Part shown: in pieces, positions 1-8,595 of the stretch
Layout: each line of letters opens with the position of its first letter
Position numbering within the stretch: position 1 is the first letter of the stretch
Source: a virus
Taxonomy: Duplodnaviria; Caudoviricetes
DNA length: 31,081 nt
IMG/VR virus record: IMGVR_UViG_3300027657_000008
Coordinates: 1-31,081 of that record
Reading direction: 5' to 3' (one strand)
Translations under genes and position numbers: made by a program
The notes under the pieces: generated by a model
The model's input: only the letters and a program-made list of their open reading frames with translations
Told to the model about the DNA's origin: nothing
Databases searched by the model: none

Positions 1-1
1 G

Positions 2-931
2 TTGGCCGAGAGCTTGCTGGACGGTCTGGTGACCGCGGATCACTATCTGGCGATCCTGTACACGCTCGACCCCGAGGACGAGGAGTGGGATGAAGCGGCG
101 TGGCCCAAAGCCAACCCGCTCATGCACGCCAACCCGATCCTACTCGACGCGATCAGGAAGGAGGCGATCGAAGCCAAGGTCAAGCCTGGCGGTGTGGCTG
201 AATTCCGGATCAAACGCCTGAACCGCCGCGCAGTGGCCAGTGACGCGTGGGTAGACCTTGAGGCGTGGAACGCCTGTGACGGCCCCGTGGACCTGGACGA
301 GCTGGAAGGCTACGACTGCTGGGCAGCGCTGGACCTGGCCAGCACGGCCGACACGACCGCGTGGCGGCTTCTGTGGCACGTGGACGGCGCCTGGTACACC
401 TGGGGTCGCTGCTGGGTGCCCGAGGCCGCTGTGGAGCTTCGTACGGCGCGCGGCGCGGGTATCTACCAGCAGTGGCTCGAGTCGGGCCACATGACAGCCA
501 CGCAGGGTAACGTAGCGGACTACGGGATCATTGAGGCCAGTGTGGCTGCAGACTGCGAGCGCTTCGGGCCTAAGGCCGTCGCCTATGACCCGTGGAACGC
601 GTCTGACCTGGTCAACCGGCTGGTCGGTAGCCACGAGTTGCCTATGGTCAAGTTCATTCAAGGGACCAAGAGCTACCACCCGGCGATGCAGGCGCTCCAC
701 CGCGCCTACATGAGCCTCCAGCTTGCCCACGGGGGCGACCCTGTGCTACGATGGCACCTTGCCAACGTTGTCGCGCGCACCGATGCCAACCTGAATCAGG
801 CGCCCGACAAGAAGCGCAGCGTCGAGCGCATCGATTCGGCTGTAGCGCTGATGATGTGCTTTGGCCTCGCCGTCGCGGACGTAGGCGAGGAGGAATCCGT
901 CTACGAATCCAGGGGCCTACTGGCTATATGA
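2..931 (+). CDS. terL: Terminase large subunit, C-terminal nuclease half (5'-truncated by window)
   Basis: Motifs W.KANP, ALDLASTAD (nuclease Asp), AYDPWNA, HGGDPVLRW and RIDSAVAL..A typical of HK97-type Terminase_1 family; directly upstream of portal. Confidence 0.95.
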   Translation: MAESLLDGLVTADHYLAILYTLDPEDEEWDEAAWPKANPLMHANPILLDAIRKEAIEAKVKPGGVAEFRIKRLNRRAVASDAWVDLEAWNACDGPVDLDELEGYDCWAALDLASTADTTAWRLLWHVDGAWYTWGRCWVPEAAVELRTARGAGIYQQWLESGHMTATQGNVADYGIIEASVAADCERFGPKAVAYDPWNASDLVNRLVGSHELPMVKFIQGTKSYHPAMQALHRAYMSLQLAHGGDPVLRWHLANVVARTDANLNQAPDKKRSVERIDSAVALMMCFGLAVADVGEEESVYESRGLLAI

Positions 932-2076
932 ACCTGCGCTCGATGCTGACCAACTGGCTCCTGCCCCCCAACACCCCGGGCGGTTGGACCGTGCGCGGCG
1001 TGGGCGGCCCGACGCCTGCGCTCCCCGTCAATGAGTTCAGCGCGCTGGCCCTGCCAGTTGTCTACGCCTGCGTCCAGCGGCTCAGCACGCCGCTCGCTAT
1101 GTTTCCGGTTGAAGTCTTTCGCGGCCGTGAGTTCCAGCCGGACCACCCCGTCGCACGGCTACTCAACATCCAGCCTAACCCGTTCATGGCGCCGCGCACG
1201 TTGCGCAAAACTACTATGGCCGGCGCGCTGCTGTGGGGCAACGGGTATGTCGAGGTGCAGAGGGACGGCGCGGGCCGCCCTGTAGCACTGTGGCCGCTGC
1301 TGCCGTGGGCCACATGCCCCGACCGCCAAGAGGACAAGCTCACCTACCGCACAGTGATCGACGGGACCAGCTTCCCGCTTGACCACAGCGACGTGCTGCA
1401 CCTGATGGACTTCACCTTGGACGGCTATGTGGGGTTGAGCCCGATCCAGCAAGCCCGCGCGGCCGTGGGGCTCGCGCAGGCCGCGGAGTCCTTTGGCTCC
1501 AAGTTCTTCGCCAACGATGCCAAGTCAGGCGGGTTCCTGCAGATGCCTGGCAAGTTGAGCGCAAAGGCCAGCGACAACATCCGCCGCAGCATGGATGAGC
1601 AGGGCGGGCTCGACAATGCGCATAGAATCAAGATTCTGGAGGAGGGCGCCAAGTACGTGGCGACCACAATCTCGCCCGACGACGCGCAGTTCCTTAGCAC
1701 GCGGGAGTTCCAGATTGGCGAGATGGCGCGCATGTACAATGTGCCTCTGTTCCTCCTGCAGCACAGTGAGCCCGGCACGGTCTGGGGCTCGGGCATGGAA
1801 GTGATGAACACCGCGTTCGTGGTGCACTCCTTGAGCCCGTGGGCGGTCGCCTGGGAGCAGGAGATCAACCGCAAGATGTTCACCGAGGCCGAGCAGGACC
1901 AAGGATACTTCGCGAAGTTTAATATGGACGCCTTGATGCGCGCCGACAGCGCCGGGCGCGCCGCCTACTATGGTGCCGGCATCACTGCCGGCTGGCTAAC
2001 CGTCGCGGAAGCCCGCGAGATGGAAGATTTAGATGCCCTACCAAGCACTGGCGATACACCCGGACTGGCTGGCTAA
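928..2076 (+). CDS. Phage portal protein, HK97 family
   Basis: VYACV..LS, LLNIQPNPFM, LLWGNGY, G.SPI, DAQFLSTREF, EMARMYNVP, GWLTVAEAREME. Start moved to ATG 928 (ATGA overlap with TerL stop) rather than track start 751. Confidence 0.95.
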   Translation: MNLRSMLTNWLLPPNTPGGWTVRGVGGPTPALPVNEFSALALPVVYACVQRLSTPLAMFPVEVFRGREFQPDHPVARLLNIQPNPFMAPRTLRKTTMAGALLWGNGYVEVQRDGAGRPVALWPLLPWATCPDRQEDKLTYRTVIDGTSFPLDHSDVLHLMDFTLDGYVGLSPIQQARAAVGLAQAAESFGSKFFANDAKSGGFLQMPGKLSAKASDNIRRSMDEQGGLDNAHRIKILEEGAKYVATTISPDDAQFLSTREFQIGEMARMYNVPLFLLQHSEPGTVWGSGMEVMNTAFVVHSLSPWAVAWEQEINRKMFTEAEQDQGYFAKFNMDALMRADSAGRAAYYGAGITAGWLTVAEAREMEDLDALPSTGDTPGLAG

Positions 2077-2806
2077 GTACGACGCGCACGCCGCGGCGCC
2101 TGCCAGCGACGCCACTACCCACCGCGGTGTGGCTGTGGTTCCCGTGGCGGGCCCGATCTACCGCGGCGCTGCCGAGCGCATCGTGGCGCAGGTACAGGCC
2201 GCGGTGGCCGACCCGCGCATCGCCGCCGTAGTGCTCGGCCTGGACACACCGGGCGGCACCACCACAGGTCTACCCGAGGCGCACGCGGCACTGATGGCCC
2301 TCCGCGGCACCAAGCCTATCGTGGCCCAGGTCAGCCACATGGCGGCTAGCGCAGGCTACTGGCTGGCGAGCGCGGCCGATGAGATCGTAGCGAGCCCGAG
2401 CAGTGTGGTCGGGAGCATTGGTGTCTACATGATGCACGTGGACCAGAGCGCCGCCCTGGCGCAAGAGGGGCTCAAGGCTACCTACATCAGCGCCGGGCGC
2501 GACAAGGTCCTGGGTAACGGCACGGAGCCCCTGAGCGACGAGGGCCGGGCTTACTACCAGGGTATGGTCGACGAAGCCTACGCGCAGTTTACGGGTGATG
2601 TCGCCCGGGGGCGCGGGGTGGGGCTCGAGACCGTGCAGGGTGACGCCTACGGTAGCGGCCGGGTGGTCACGCCGCGGCTTGCATTGGCGCAAGGAATGAT
2701 TGACAGTATCGCCACTCTGGGCGATACTTTGGCACGCTTTATGCCATCGTCGGCGACCCAGCGGCGCGCGCGCCAATTGGCGCTACTTACCATCACCGGA
2801 GTCTGA
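2033..2806 (+). CDS. Prohead maturation protease, S49 (SppA-like) peptidase
   Basis: LDTPGG, MAASAGYWLAS (catalytic Ser), VGSIGV, SAGRDK, GMIDSI motifs; between portal and capsid. Confidence 0.92.
   Translation: MPYQALAIHPDWLAKYDAHAAAPASDATTHRGVAVVPVAGPIYRGAAERIVAQVQAAVADPRIAAVVLGLDTPGGTTTGLPEAHAALMALRGTKPIVAQVSHMAASAGYWLASAADEIVASPSSVVGSIGVYMMHVDQSAALAQEGLKATYISAGRDKVLGNGTEPLSDEGRAYYQGMVDEAYAQFTGDVARGRGVGLETVQGDAYGSGRVVTPRLALAQGMIDSIATLGDTLARFMPSSATQRRARQLALLTITGV
2730..2745 (+). promoter_or_regulatory. Candidate sigma54 (-24/-12) promoter upstream of major capsid gene
   Basis: TGGCACGCTTTATGCC vs consensus TGGCACG-N4-TTGCW; GG 2731-32 and GC 2743-44 with exact 10-nt spacing; ~65 nt before capsid ATG. 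Confidence 0.6.
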
Positions 2807-2808
2807 CA

Positions 2809-4095
2809 ATGCTGAAGGTACTACGCGAGAAGCGCGCCACGGCCATCGCCGATATGCGTGCCATTCTTGATCTGGCCGCGACCGAGAGTCGCGAGCTGAC
2901 CGAGGGTGAGACGAGCACTTTTGATGCCAAGCAAGCCGCTGTCGCCACTCTGGACGCCAGCATCGCCCGCGCCAGCACCCTCGAGACGCTGGAAGCTTCC
3001 CTGGCTGCCCCCGTCGCCTCCGTTGGCGCCCGCCAGCGCGTGACTGCCGCCCCCGGCCCAGAGGCCAAGCGCGAGTTTGAGTCCCTGAACGAGTTTATGG
3101 CCGCGGCCATCTGCAACCCGAATGACTCCCGTCTGGCCAGCCTGTACGCTGAGCAGCGTATGGACACCGGCGGTAAGGGCGGCTTCCAGGTTCCCCGCCA
3201 GTTCCTGAGCACCCTGCTGAAGGTGGACCCGCAGACCGCTATCGTCCGCCCCCGCGCCACCGTGCTGCCGGCCGGCAGTCCGCCTGATGCGGCGATCGAT
3301 ATTCCCGCCCTGGACCAGCGCACCGGCACTAACGCGAGCCCGGGCAATGTGTTCGGCGGCGTCACGTTCGCCAAGACGGACGAGGGTGGAGACAAGCCTG
3401 AGACCGATGTTGACTTCCGCATGATTACCCTGCAGCCTCAGGAGTTCTCTGGCCACATCGTCGCTACGGACCGTTTGCTCAACAACTGGTCGGCCGCTGG
3501 TGCGTTCTTCGAGAGTCAGATGCGCGCCGCGATGGTCGCCAAGGAAGACTTTGAATTCCTTCGCGGCAATGGTGTCGGTGGCCCCATCGGTGTCATTAAT
3601 GCCGGCGCGACCTACACTGTAGCGCGCGAGACCAATTCGCAGTTCACGCGGACCGATGTCAACAACATGGTCTCCCGTATCCTGATGCGCGAAGGCAACC
3701 CGGTGTGGGTGCTGAGTCGGTCGCTGATGCCTCAGCTCCTGAACATGCGCAACGAGATTGGCTCGCCGGCCGTCGGCGATGGCGCCCTGGTGTTCCAGCC
3801 TAGTGTGGTCCCGGGTATGCCTTCGATGTTGGCCGGCTTCCCGATCATCTGGAACGAGCGCAGCCCCGGCATCACTGCCAAGGGTACCGCGTTGCTGGCA
3901 GACTTCGGTAAGTACCTGGTCAAGGATGGCAGCGGCCCCTTCGTGGCTAGCTCCGAGCACGTGTACTTCCTGAAGAACAAGACGGCCATCAAGCTCTACT
4001 GGCTTGTCGATGGACAGCCTTGGCTGACCGAGCCCTTCGTGGGCGAGGACAACTATGAGGTCTCCCCGTTCGTCGCCCTTGGCGCCAACACGTAA
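2809..4095 (+). CDS. Major capsid protein, HK97 fold, with N-terminal coiled-coil scaffold (delta) domain
   Basis: Heptad-like N-terminus; GGFQVP, EGGDKPET, FLRGNGVGGP.GV, LAGFPI, LLADFGKY, SPFVAL; GGAG RBS at 2798-2801. Confidence 0.95.
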   Translation: MLKVLREKRATAIADMRAILDLAATESRELTEGETSTFDAKQAAVATLDASIARASTLETLEASLAAPVASVGARQRVTAAPGPEAKREFESLNEFMAAAICNPNDSRLASLYAEQRMDTGGKGGFQVPRQFLSTLLKVDPQTAIVRPRATVLPAGSPPDAAIDIPALDQRTGTNASPGNVFGGVTFAKTDEGGDKPETDVDFRMITLQPQEFSGHIVATDRLLNNWSAAGAFFESQMRAAMVAKEDFEFLRGNGVGGPIGVINAGATYTVARETNSQFTRTDVNNMVSRILMREGNPVWVLSRSLMPQLLNMRNEIGSPAVGDGALVFQPSVVPGMPSMLAGFPIIWNERSPGITAKGTALLADFGKYLVKDGSGPFVASSEHVYFLKNKTAIKLYWLVDGQPWLTEPFVGEDNYEVSPFVALGANT

Positions 4096-4105
4096 TAGCC
4101 GCAGT

Positions 4106-4125
4106 GGGGCCCCTGATGGGGCCCC
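4106..4125. repeat. GGGGCCCC-TGAT-GGGGCCCC perfect hairpin after capsid gene
   Basis: 8-bp all-GC stem with 4-nt loop between capsid stop and the GAGGA RBS (4126-4130) of the next gene; no U-tract. Confidence 0.7.
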
Positions 4126-4137
4126 GAGGAATCTAGA

Positions 4138-4506
4138 ATGAGTGCAAAACTGAGTGAGCTGGCCGTTGCGAGCCCCGCTGCGAGCTGGGTCAGCATGGAA
4201 AACTACCGCCAGGTGTCTGGCATCGCCGTTGTAGCGGATGCGGACACCGGCGAAACCGTGACAGTGCAGCTGCGGAAGGCAACGGATGCGAGCGGCACGA
4301 ACGCGACCAACTTCGGCACGGCCGTTGTTGTCACTGGCGCCGCGACCGACACCGATATTAGCGCGATCCAGACCGAGTGGAGCCAGGCTTTGGGTGCTCT
4401 GGCCGGCGTGCCATACACCCACGTGTCCGCAACCCTGAGCACGGGCGCGAGCCCCGAGACCGTGACGGGTGTTGTGCTCCGCAGTGAGCCGCGGTTCAGC
4501 GTATAA
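4138..4506 (+). CDS. Putative capsid decoration / virion protein
   Basis: 122 aa, beta-rich, A/T/V-rich; WVSM.NY and LRKATDASGT pattern typical of small genes following HK97 capsids; good RBS. Confidence 0.65.
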   Translation: MSAKLSELAVASPAASWVSMENYRQVSGIAVVADADTGETVTVQLRKATDASGTNATNFGTAVVVTGAATDTDISAIQTEWSQALGALAGVPYTHVSATLSTGASPETVTGVVLRSEPRFSV

Positions 4507-5275
4507 GTGTGTTCGACCCTACCTGGACCCAGGCACTAGGCGTCCGGTCCAGGTAGGGGCCACAGTCTATGGCGACCTTCCCCATTTAGTAGCGGCGGGG
4601 TTTTTAAGTCTCCTCCCCTCCCCCGCGTTACCCGCCGCTCCTTCTATCGTGTGGCCCGTGTGGCCGGTAGTCGTCTGCATCGCTACGGGGCCCAGCCTTA
4701 CCCGAGCCGATGCGCTGGCCCTGCGTCACCTACCAACTATCGCCGTCAACGATGCCTACCGCGTCGCCCCGCACGCGCAGATTCTCTACGCCGCCGATAA
4801 ATCCTGGTGGGACATGTACAACTGTTGCCCGGACTTTACAGGGCGGAAAGTGTCGCAGAATGTACAACCTGGACGCGGGTGGCCCACGGATGCAACAGTT
4901 GAGGTGCTGCGGAGCATCAAAGCGCCGGGTATGTCGCGCGACCCGGGAGTGTTGCACCGAGGGTACAACTCCGGGTATCAGGCGCTCAACTTGGCTTTAC
5001 TTTGCGAAGCGAAAATTGTAGTATTGCTGGGGTATGACTGCGGTCAACCGCTGGGGAGCCCGTCGCATTATTTCGGCGATCACCCCAACGGCCTGCAGAA
5101 ATGCTCCCCGTATGACCTGTTCCGCCGATCCTTCGCGGATGCGGCTCCGACAATCTCGGCCCGCGTTATCAACGTGAGTCGCCAGACTACGCTCGACTGT
5201 TTCGAGCGTATGAGCATCGGCAAGTGCTTGACCATTATAAAGAACTCGGGGGGCTCGTCTTACTCGGCGCAGTGA
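4484..5275 (+). CDS. Maf/DUF115-like (sialyltransferase-fold) putative glycosyltransferase with short N-terminal extra domain
   Basis: CIATGPSL, IAVNDAY, LYAAD..WW, NSGYQALNLA, VLLGYD, HYFGDHP, VINVS motifs of the DUF115/Maf/CstII-like group. Start uncertain (GTG 4484 chosen; 4469 or ~4650 possible). Confidence 0.72.
   Translation: MSRGSAYKCVRPYLDPGTRRPVQVGATVYGDLPHLVAAGFLSLLPSPALPAAPSIVWPVWPVVVCIATGPSLTRADALALRHLPTIAVNDAYRVAPHAQILYAADKSWWDMYNCCPDFTGRKVSQNVQPGRGWPTDATVEVLRSIKAPGMSRDPGVLHRGYNSGYQALNLALLCEAKIVVLLGYDCGQPLGSPSHYFGDHPNGLQKCSPYDLFRRSFADAAPTISARVINVSRQTTLDCFERMSIGKCLTIIKNSGGSSYSAQ
4517..4558. repeat. Perfect 13-bp inverted repeat
   Basis: CCCTACCTGGACC (4517-4529) / GGTCCAGGTAGGG (4546-4558), 16-nt loop, 10 nt after stop of decoration gene. 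Confidence 0.8.
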
Positions 5276-5496
5276 TCGGACTCGGTCAACTGCTGGCTAG
5301 CGGCGAGCGCATCACGGTTCGGCTGGCCATAGGCCGCGCCTTGTGCTCGGGCGGTCTCGGGGGCGCTGCCAGTAGCGCCCTGGTGGTGTGGCCGGACCTG
5401 CCACCCGCCGCCTTGCTTGGCATCGCGTGCGCCATTGCTAGCCTCGGGACTTCCCTCATTGAATCCATCTTCGCACGCATGGCCGGTGCGCGATGA
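5224..5496 (+). CDS. Holin, P2 gpY-like (Phage_holin_2)
   Basis: 90 aa, three hydrophobic segments; GERITVRLAIGR.L and WPDL resemble the GEPITPRL.IGR / FPDL pattern of P2 Y. Confidence 0.8.
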   Translation: MLDHYKELGGLVLLGAVIGLGQLLASGERITVRLAIGRALCSGGLGGAASSALVVWPDLPPAALLGIACAIASLGTSLIESIFARMAGAR

Positions 5497-5846
5497 GAGT
5501 CGAGTTGCACCCTGATGGCCGTCGCGCCACCCTGCTTGAGCCCATCGTTTGGGGCGATATTACCGTTCCCGCGGGATTTGTCACGGACTTTGCATCTGTC
5601 CCACGAGCCCTATGGATACTCATTCCTCCACAGGGTAGACACTCGTTCGCTGCTGTGGTCCACGATTGGCTATACCAGTCACAGCAGCTCACGAGACGTG
5701 AAGCAGATAGGCTATTCCGGCTTTCCCTCCTCGCTACTGGCAGCGGCAACTGCAAAGCGTGGGCGATGTACTTAGGAGTACGTCTGGGAGGCTGGGTAGC
5801 ATGGGGGAAACATGCGCGAAACCTGCACACATCTGGACCTGATTAA
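5493..5846 (+). CDS. DUF1353 family protein
   Basis: ITVPAGFVTDFASVPR, AAVVHDWLY, RREAD.LF, MY.GVRLGG signature; ATGA-coupled to holin. Confidence 0.9.
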   Translation: MRVELHPDGRRATLLEPIVWGDITVPAGFVTDFASVPRALWILIPPQGRHSFAAVVHDWLYQSQQLTRREADRLFRLSLLATGSGNCKAWAMYLGVRLGGWVAWGKHARNLHTSGPD

Positions 5847-7251
5847 AGACGGCAAGAACCGACGCAAGTGCAAAACTTGCGGTTATCGACCCACCCTTAC
5901 TAAATACCTGATTACTAGCGCTCAGAATGACACTCCGGTTCATCGGGGCTTTTGGGGCGCGCTTAAGACCTACGCGGCGGCCGAGGGCGCTACGCTACAG
6001 GTCATTCCGACCCGCTACCGTAATCCTGACAGTCACCACGAAGGAATTGCCGATGAGATGAGCTGGCCGGCAGAGGTCCTGCCGTACCTGGTCGATCGTG
6101 ATGTCAAGGTGCACCAACACCTGATGCTGATGGGAGACGCTAAGATCAACGCGACGGCCTCCGACCCGCTGAGCGGGATGGATAGCCTCAGCGGCGGTCG
6201 CAGCGCGGTGTACGGCCATGCGCAAGTTCAGATGCGCCTGGTACCGACCCCACGCCACGACCTTCCCCGCATCCTTCACACAACGGGCAGCTGCAGCATG
6301 CCCAACTATTCTCGATCCAAAGCCGGTAAAAAAGCTCTATTCCATCACAGCATCGGGGCCCTTGTAGTGGAGACCTGCGGCAACAGGTTCCACATGCGCG
6401 AGATTCTGGGCAGCGACGATGGTGCATTCTACGACCTCACCCGCCGGTATGATGTGACCGGCGTCACAGACGGACACAGTATATCTGCGCTAGTGCTCGG
6501 CGACGAGCACGTGAAGTTTATGGATGCCCAAGTGCGCCGTGCCACTTTTGGAACAGGGGGCATCGTCGAGACCCTGCGCCCCCAGGTGCTTGTGCGCCAT
6601 GACATGCACGATCACTACAGCGGCTCGCATCACCATGAAAACGATACACTTCTGAAGGTGGCGAAGGCCCATGCGGGCGACGATTGCGTGGAGTCCGAGT
6701 TGAATTTGCTGCGGGATCACATAGCCGCCACCACCCCGCCAGGGTCAATAAGTGCCATCGTCCAAAGCAATCACCATGACCACTTGCGTCAGTGGCTCAA
6801 CAGATTCGACGCCAAGCGCGACCCGGGGAACGCTCTGTTCGCGTGGGAACTCTACGGCCGCCTGGCCCAGGCGATACGCAACAAGGAGGATGCAGACCCT
6901 TTCCGCGTGTGGCTGAAGGCGAATCTGCCTGACGAGGTGAAGGGGCGGGTGGAGTTCCTTGACCCTGACCGGGCGCACCTTATCGGCGGGGTGGATGTGT
7001 CGCAGCATGGCGACAAGGGGCCCAACGGTAGCCGCCCTGGCATTGCAGGGTTCGCCCGGCTGACCCACAAAATGTTCCTGGGCCACAGCCACACGCCGGG
7101 TATCAAAATGGGCGCCTGGCAGGTCGGGGTCTCCGCCCCCGGCATGGGTTACGCGTCGGGGCTTAGCTCGTGGCTTGCCACGCATGGGGTGATCTATCCG
7201 TCCGGTAAGCGTGCCATGCTGCACATTATCGGCGGACACTGGCATGGGTAA
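5812..7251 (+). CDS. T5 A1-like protein (metallophosphoesterase-fold putative nuclease) with N-terminal Cys/His zinc-ribbon-like segment
   Basis: ITSAQNDTPVH..F, GHAQVQM, TTGSC..PNY..SKAG.KA.FHH, LVLGDEH, HD, SNH.DHL, HGDKGPNGSR, GHSHTP, SSW..TH, GKR; N-terminal CTH...KCKTCG. Confidence 0.78.
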   Translation: MRETCTHLDLIKDGKNRRKCKTCGYRPTLTKYLITSAQNDTPVHRGFWGALKTYAAAEGATLQVIPTRYRNPDSHHEGIADEMSWPAEVLPYLVDRDVKVHQHLMLMGDAKINATASDPLSGMDSLSGGRSAVYGHAQVQMRLVPTPRHDLPRILHTTGSCSMPNYSRSKAGKKALFHHSIGALVVETCGNRFHMREILGSDDGAFYDLTRRYDVTGVTDGHSISALVLGDEHVKFMDAQVRRATFGTGGIVETLRPQVLVRHDMHDHYSGSHHHENDTLLKVAKAHAGDDCVESELNLLRDHIAATTPPGSISAIVQSNHHDHLRQWLNRFDAKRDPGNALFAWELYGRLAQAIRNKEDADPFRVWLKANLPDEVKGRVEFLDPDRAHLIGGVDVSQHGDKGPNGSRPGIAGFARLTHKMFLGHSHTPGIKMGAWQVGVSAPGMGYASGLSSWLATHGVIYPSGKRAMLHIIGGHWHG

Positions 7252-7435
7252 GTGCCCCCTGCCACTATGGACTGCAAGTGCAAAACGTGCCAATGCGATG
7301 GTAGCAGCGCGCCATGCGATCGGGCTCCCGATCAAGCCGTGCGACCCCAAGCGGGGCTCGGCTACTTTGGCTCGCATCACGGTCGATTGCGATAACATGG
7401 TCCGTGCAATGGATGAGCTGCTGAAAAAGATGTAG
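7244..7435 (+). CDS. Hypothetical protein (63 aa)
   Basis: ATG overlapping the A1-like stop region; fills the operon gap; no recognisable motif. Confidence 0.45.
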   Translation: MGKCPLPLWTASAKRANAMVAARHAIGLPIKPCDPKRGSATLARITVDCDNMVRAMDELLKKM

Positions 7436-7441
7436 CCGCGG

Positions 7442-7473
7442 CATGGGGCCCTGGGTTACCCTGGGGCCCCATG
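7442..7473. repeat. 14-bp GC-rich hairpin covering the 7471 start codon
   Basis: CATGGGGCCCTGGG-TTAC-CCTGGGGCCCCATG: 12 Watson-Crick plus 2 G-U pairs. Confidence 0.7.
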
Positions 7474-7671
7474 ACTCTTGACGAATTCATTCCCGCCGTT
7501 CGTGCCACCATACCAGACGTGGCAATCCAATTGACCAAGGAGCAGTTGCTGGACGATGACCGGCCGATTGCTATCTTCGCCCTGGGTAGTCGCACGGTCT
7601 CTATCGGTGCTCGAGTGCACCTGGACGCTGAGTTAGTCGCCTGGCTGGTACGCGAATTGCTTCCCTTGTAG
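7471..7671 (+). CDS. Hypothetical protein (66 aa)
   Basis: ATG-started ORF with protein-like composition in operon direction. Confidence 0.55.
   Translation: MTLDEFIPAVRATIPDVAIQLTKEQLLDDDRPIAIFALGSRTVSIGARVHLDAELVAWLVRELLPL
7646..7661 (+). promoter_or_regulatory. Candidate sigma54 promoter upstream of glycosyltransferase/methyltransferase cluster
   Basis: TGGTACGCGAATTGCT; GG 7647-48, GC 7659-60; perfect TTGCT -12 box; 14/16 identical to the motif at 26401-26416. Confidence 0.65.
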
Positions 7672-7723
7672 ACGTGGAGAGTCTAGGAGTACCCTGGGCC
7701 CACAAGAAGAAGGGGAGACTGAG

Positions 7724-7870
7724 ATGATCGCTTGCGAACGTCAGACTAACGACCTGTGGTGCGTCATTACGCACTCCGCCATGCATACCGACCTGACGCG
7801 CTGGCAGGCCGCGGGCATCCTGCGCGCCCTGGGCCTCCTGCCTTGCCGTATCGCAGAGGTGCTGCGGTGA
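7724..7870 (+). CDS. Small hypothetical protein (48 aa, MIACERQTNDLWCVITH...), below ORF-track cutoff
   Basis: GGGGAG RBS upstream; stop overlaps next GTG start (GTGA). Confidence 0.6.
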   Translation: MIACERQTNDLWCVITHSAMHTDLTRWQAAGILRALGLLPCRIAEVLR

Positions 7871-8595
7871 GAGTCCTCTACGACCCGCGCGCTACGGGCC
7901 CGAGTTGTCTCGCCGTAGCGCGCGCGCTAGGGCGCCCTGAGGCTTACGTGGGGCAGCCGATCGGCCCCGAGGGCGCGGCGTTCTTCGGTACCCCGACATT
8001 GCTCCCGCTGGCTTTGGCTATGCAGGCCGCGGGTACGCCATTTGTCTACGTGGATCATGGCTACATCCGCAAGTCTGGTGTCTACCGCATGACGCGTAAT
8101 GCGCTGCAGGTGACGCAGTGGGGCAGAGCAACGCGCCGCTATCCAGGCATCATGGCACCCTGGCGCCCGTGGGGTGAGCACGTGCTGGTATGCCCCCCAG
8201 AGACCGGCCACGCTGCAATGCTAGGCGTGGACTCGGCAGCGTGGCTGCAACTGGTGCTGGGGGCCCTGGCGGTCCATACAAGCCGCCCCGTGAGGGTGCG
8301 GCCCCGCAATTGCCCCGAGCCCCTGGCACAGGACTTGCAAAACTGCTGGTGTCTGGTGACGTGGACCAGCAATGCGGCAGTTGATGCCATTCTCGCGGGG
8401 ATACCGGCGATATGCACGGGGCCCTGCGCCGGGGGCATCATCAGCAGCCGGCGGATACAGGATATTGAGAGCCCCCACATGTCGCGCGTGCGGCAAGACT
8501 GGGCGGACTGGCTAGTTAGCAACCAATGGAGTTTAAAGGAATGCAATTTAACGAGCCTACGGGGTGGTGGCTGCCCGATGGGGAGACCCACCTAA
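7867..8595 (+). CDS. Putative glycosyltransferase (GT-B-like, capsule-synthesis/KpsS-like C-terminus)
   Basis: FVYVDHGY, PWR..GEHVLVCPP, HTSRPVRVRPR, L..DL.NCWCLVTWTSNAAVDAILAGIP; start GTG 7867 by coupling. Confidence 0.65.
   Translation: MRVLYDPRATGPSCLAVARALGRPEAYVGQPIGPEGAAFFGTPTLLPLALAMQAAGTPFVYVDHGYIRKSGVYRMTRNALQVTQWGRATRRYPGIMAPWRPWGEHVLVCPPETGHAAMLGVDSAAWLQLVLGALAVHTSRPVRVRPRNCPEPLAQDLQNCWCLVTWTSNAAVDAILAGIPAICTGPCAGGIISSRRIQDIESPHMSRVRQDWADWLVSNQWSLKECNLTSLRGGGCPMGRPT

Noticed and set aside
751-927. N-terminal extension of portal in the ORF track
   Set aside because: Overlaps TerL coding region; ATGA coupling at 928 gives a normal portal start.
2821-4422. 533-aa antisense ORF opposite the capsid gene (and many other long minus-strand ORFs)
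   Set aside because: Shadow frames expected from high-GC codon bias; no motifs; fully overlap well-supported plus-strand genes.
7240-7255. TGGCATGGGTAAGTGC sigma54-like motif (similar cases near 10806 and 14888)
   Set aside because: GG-to-GC spacing is 11-12 nt rather than the required 10.
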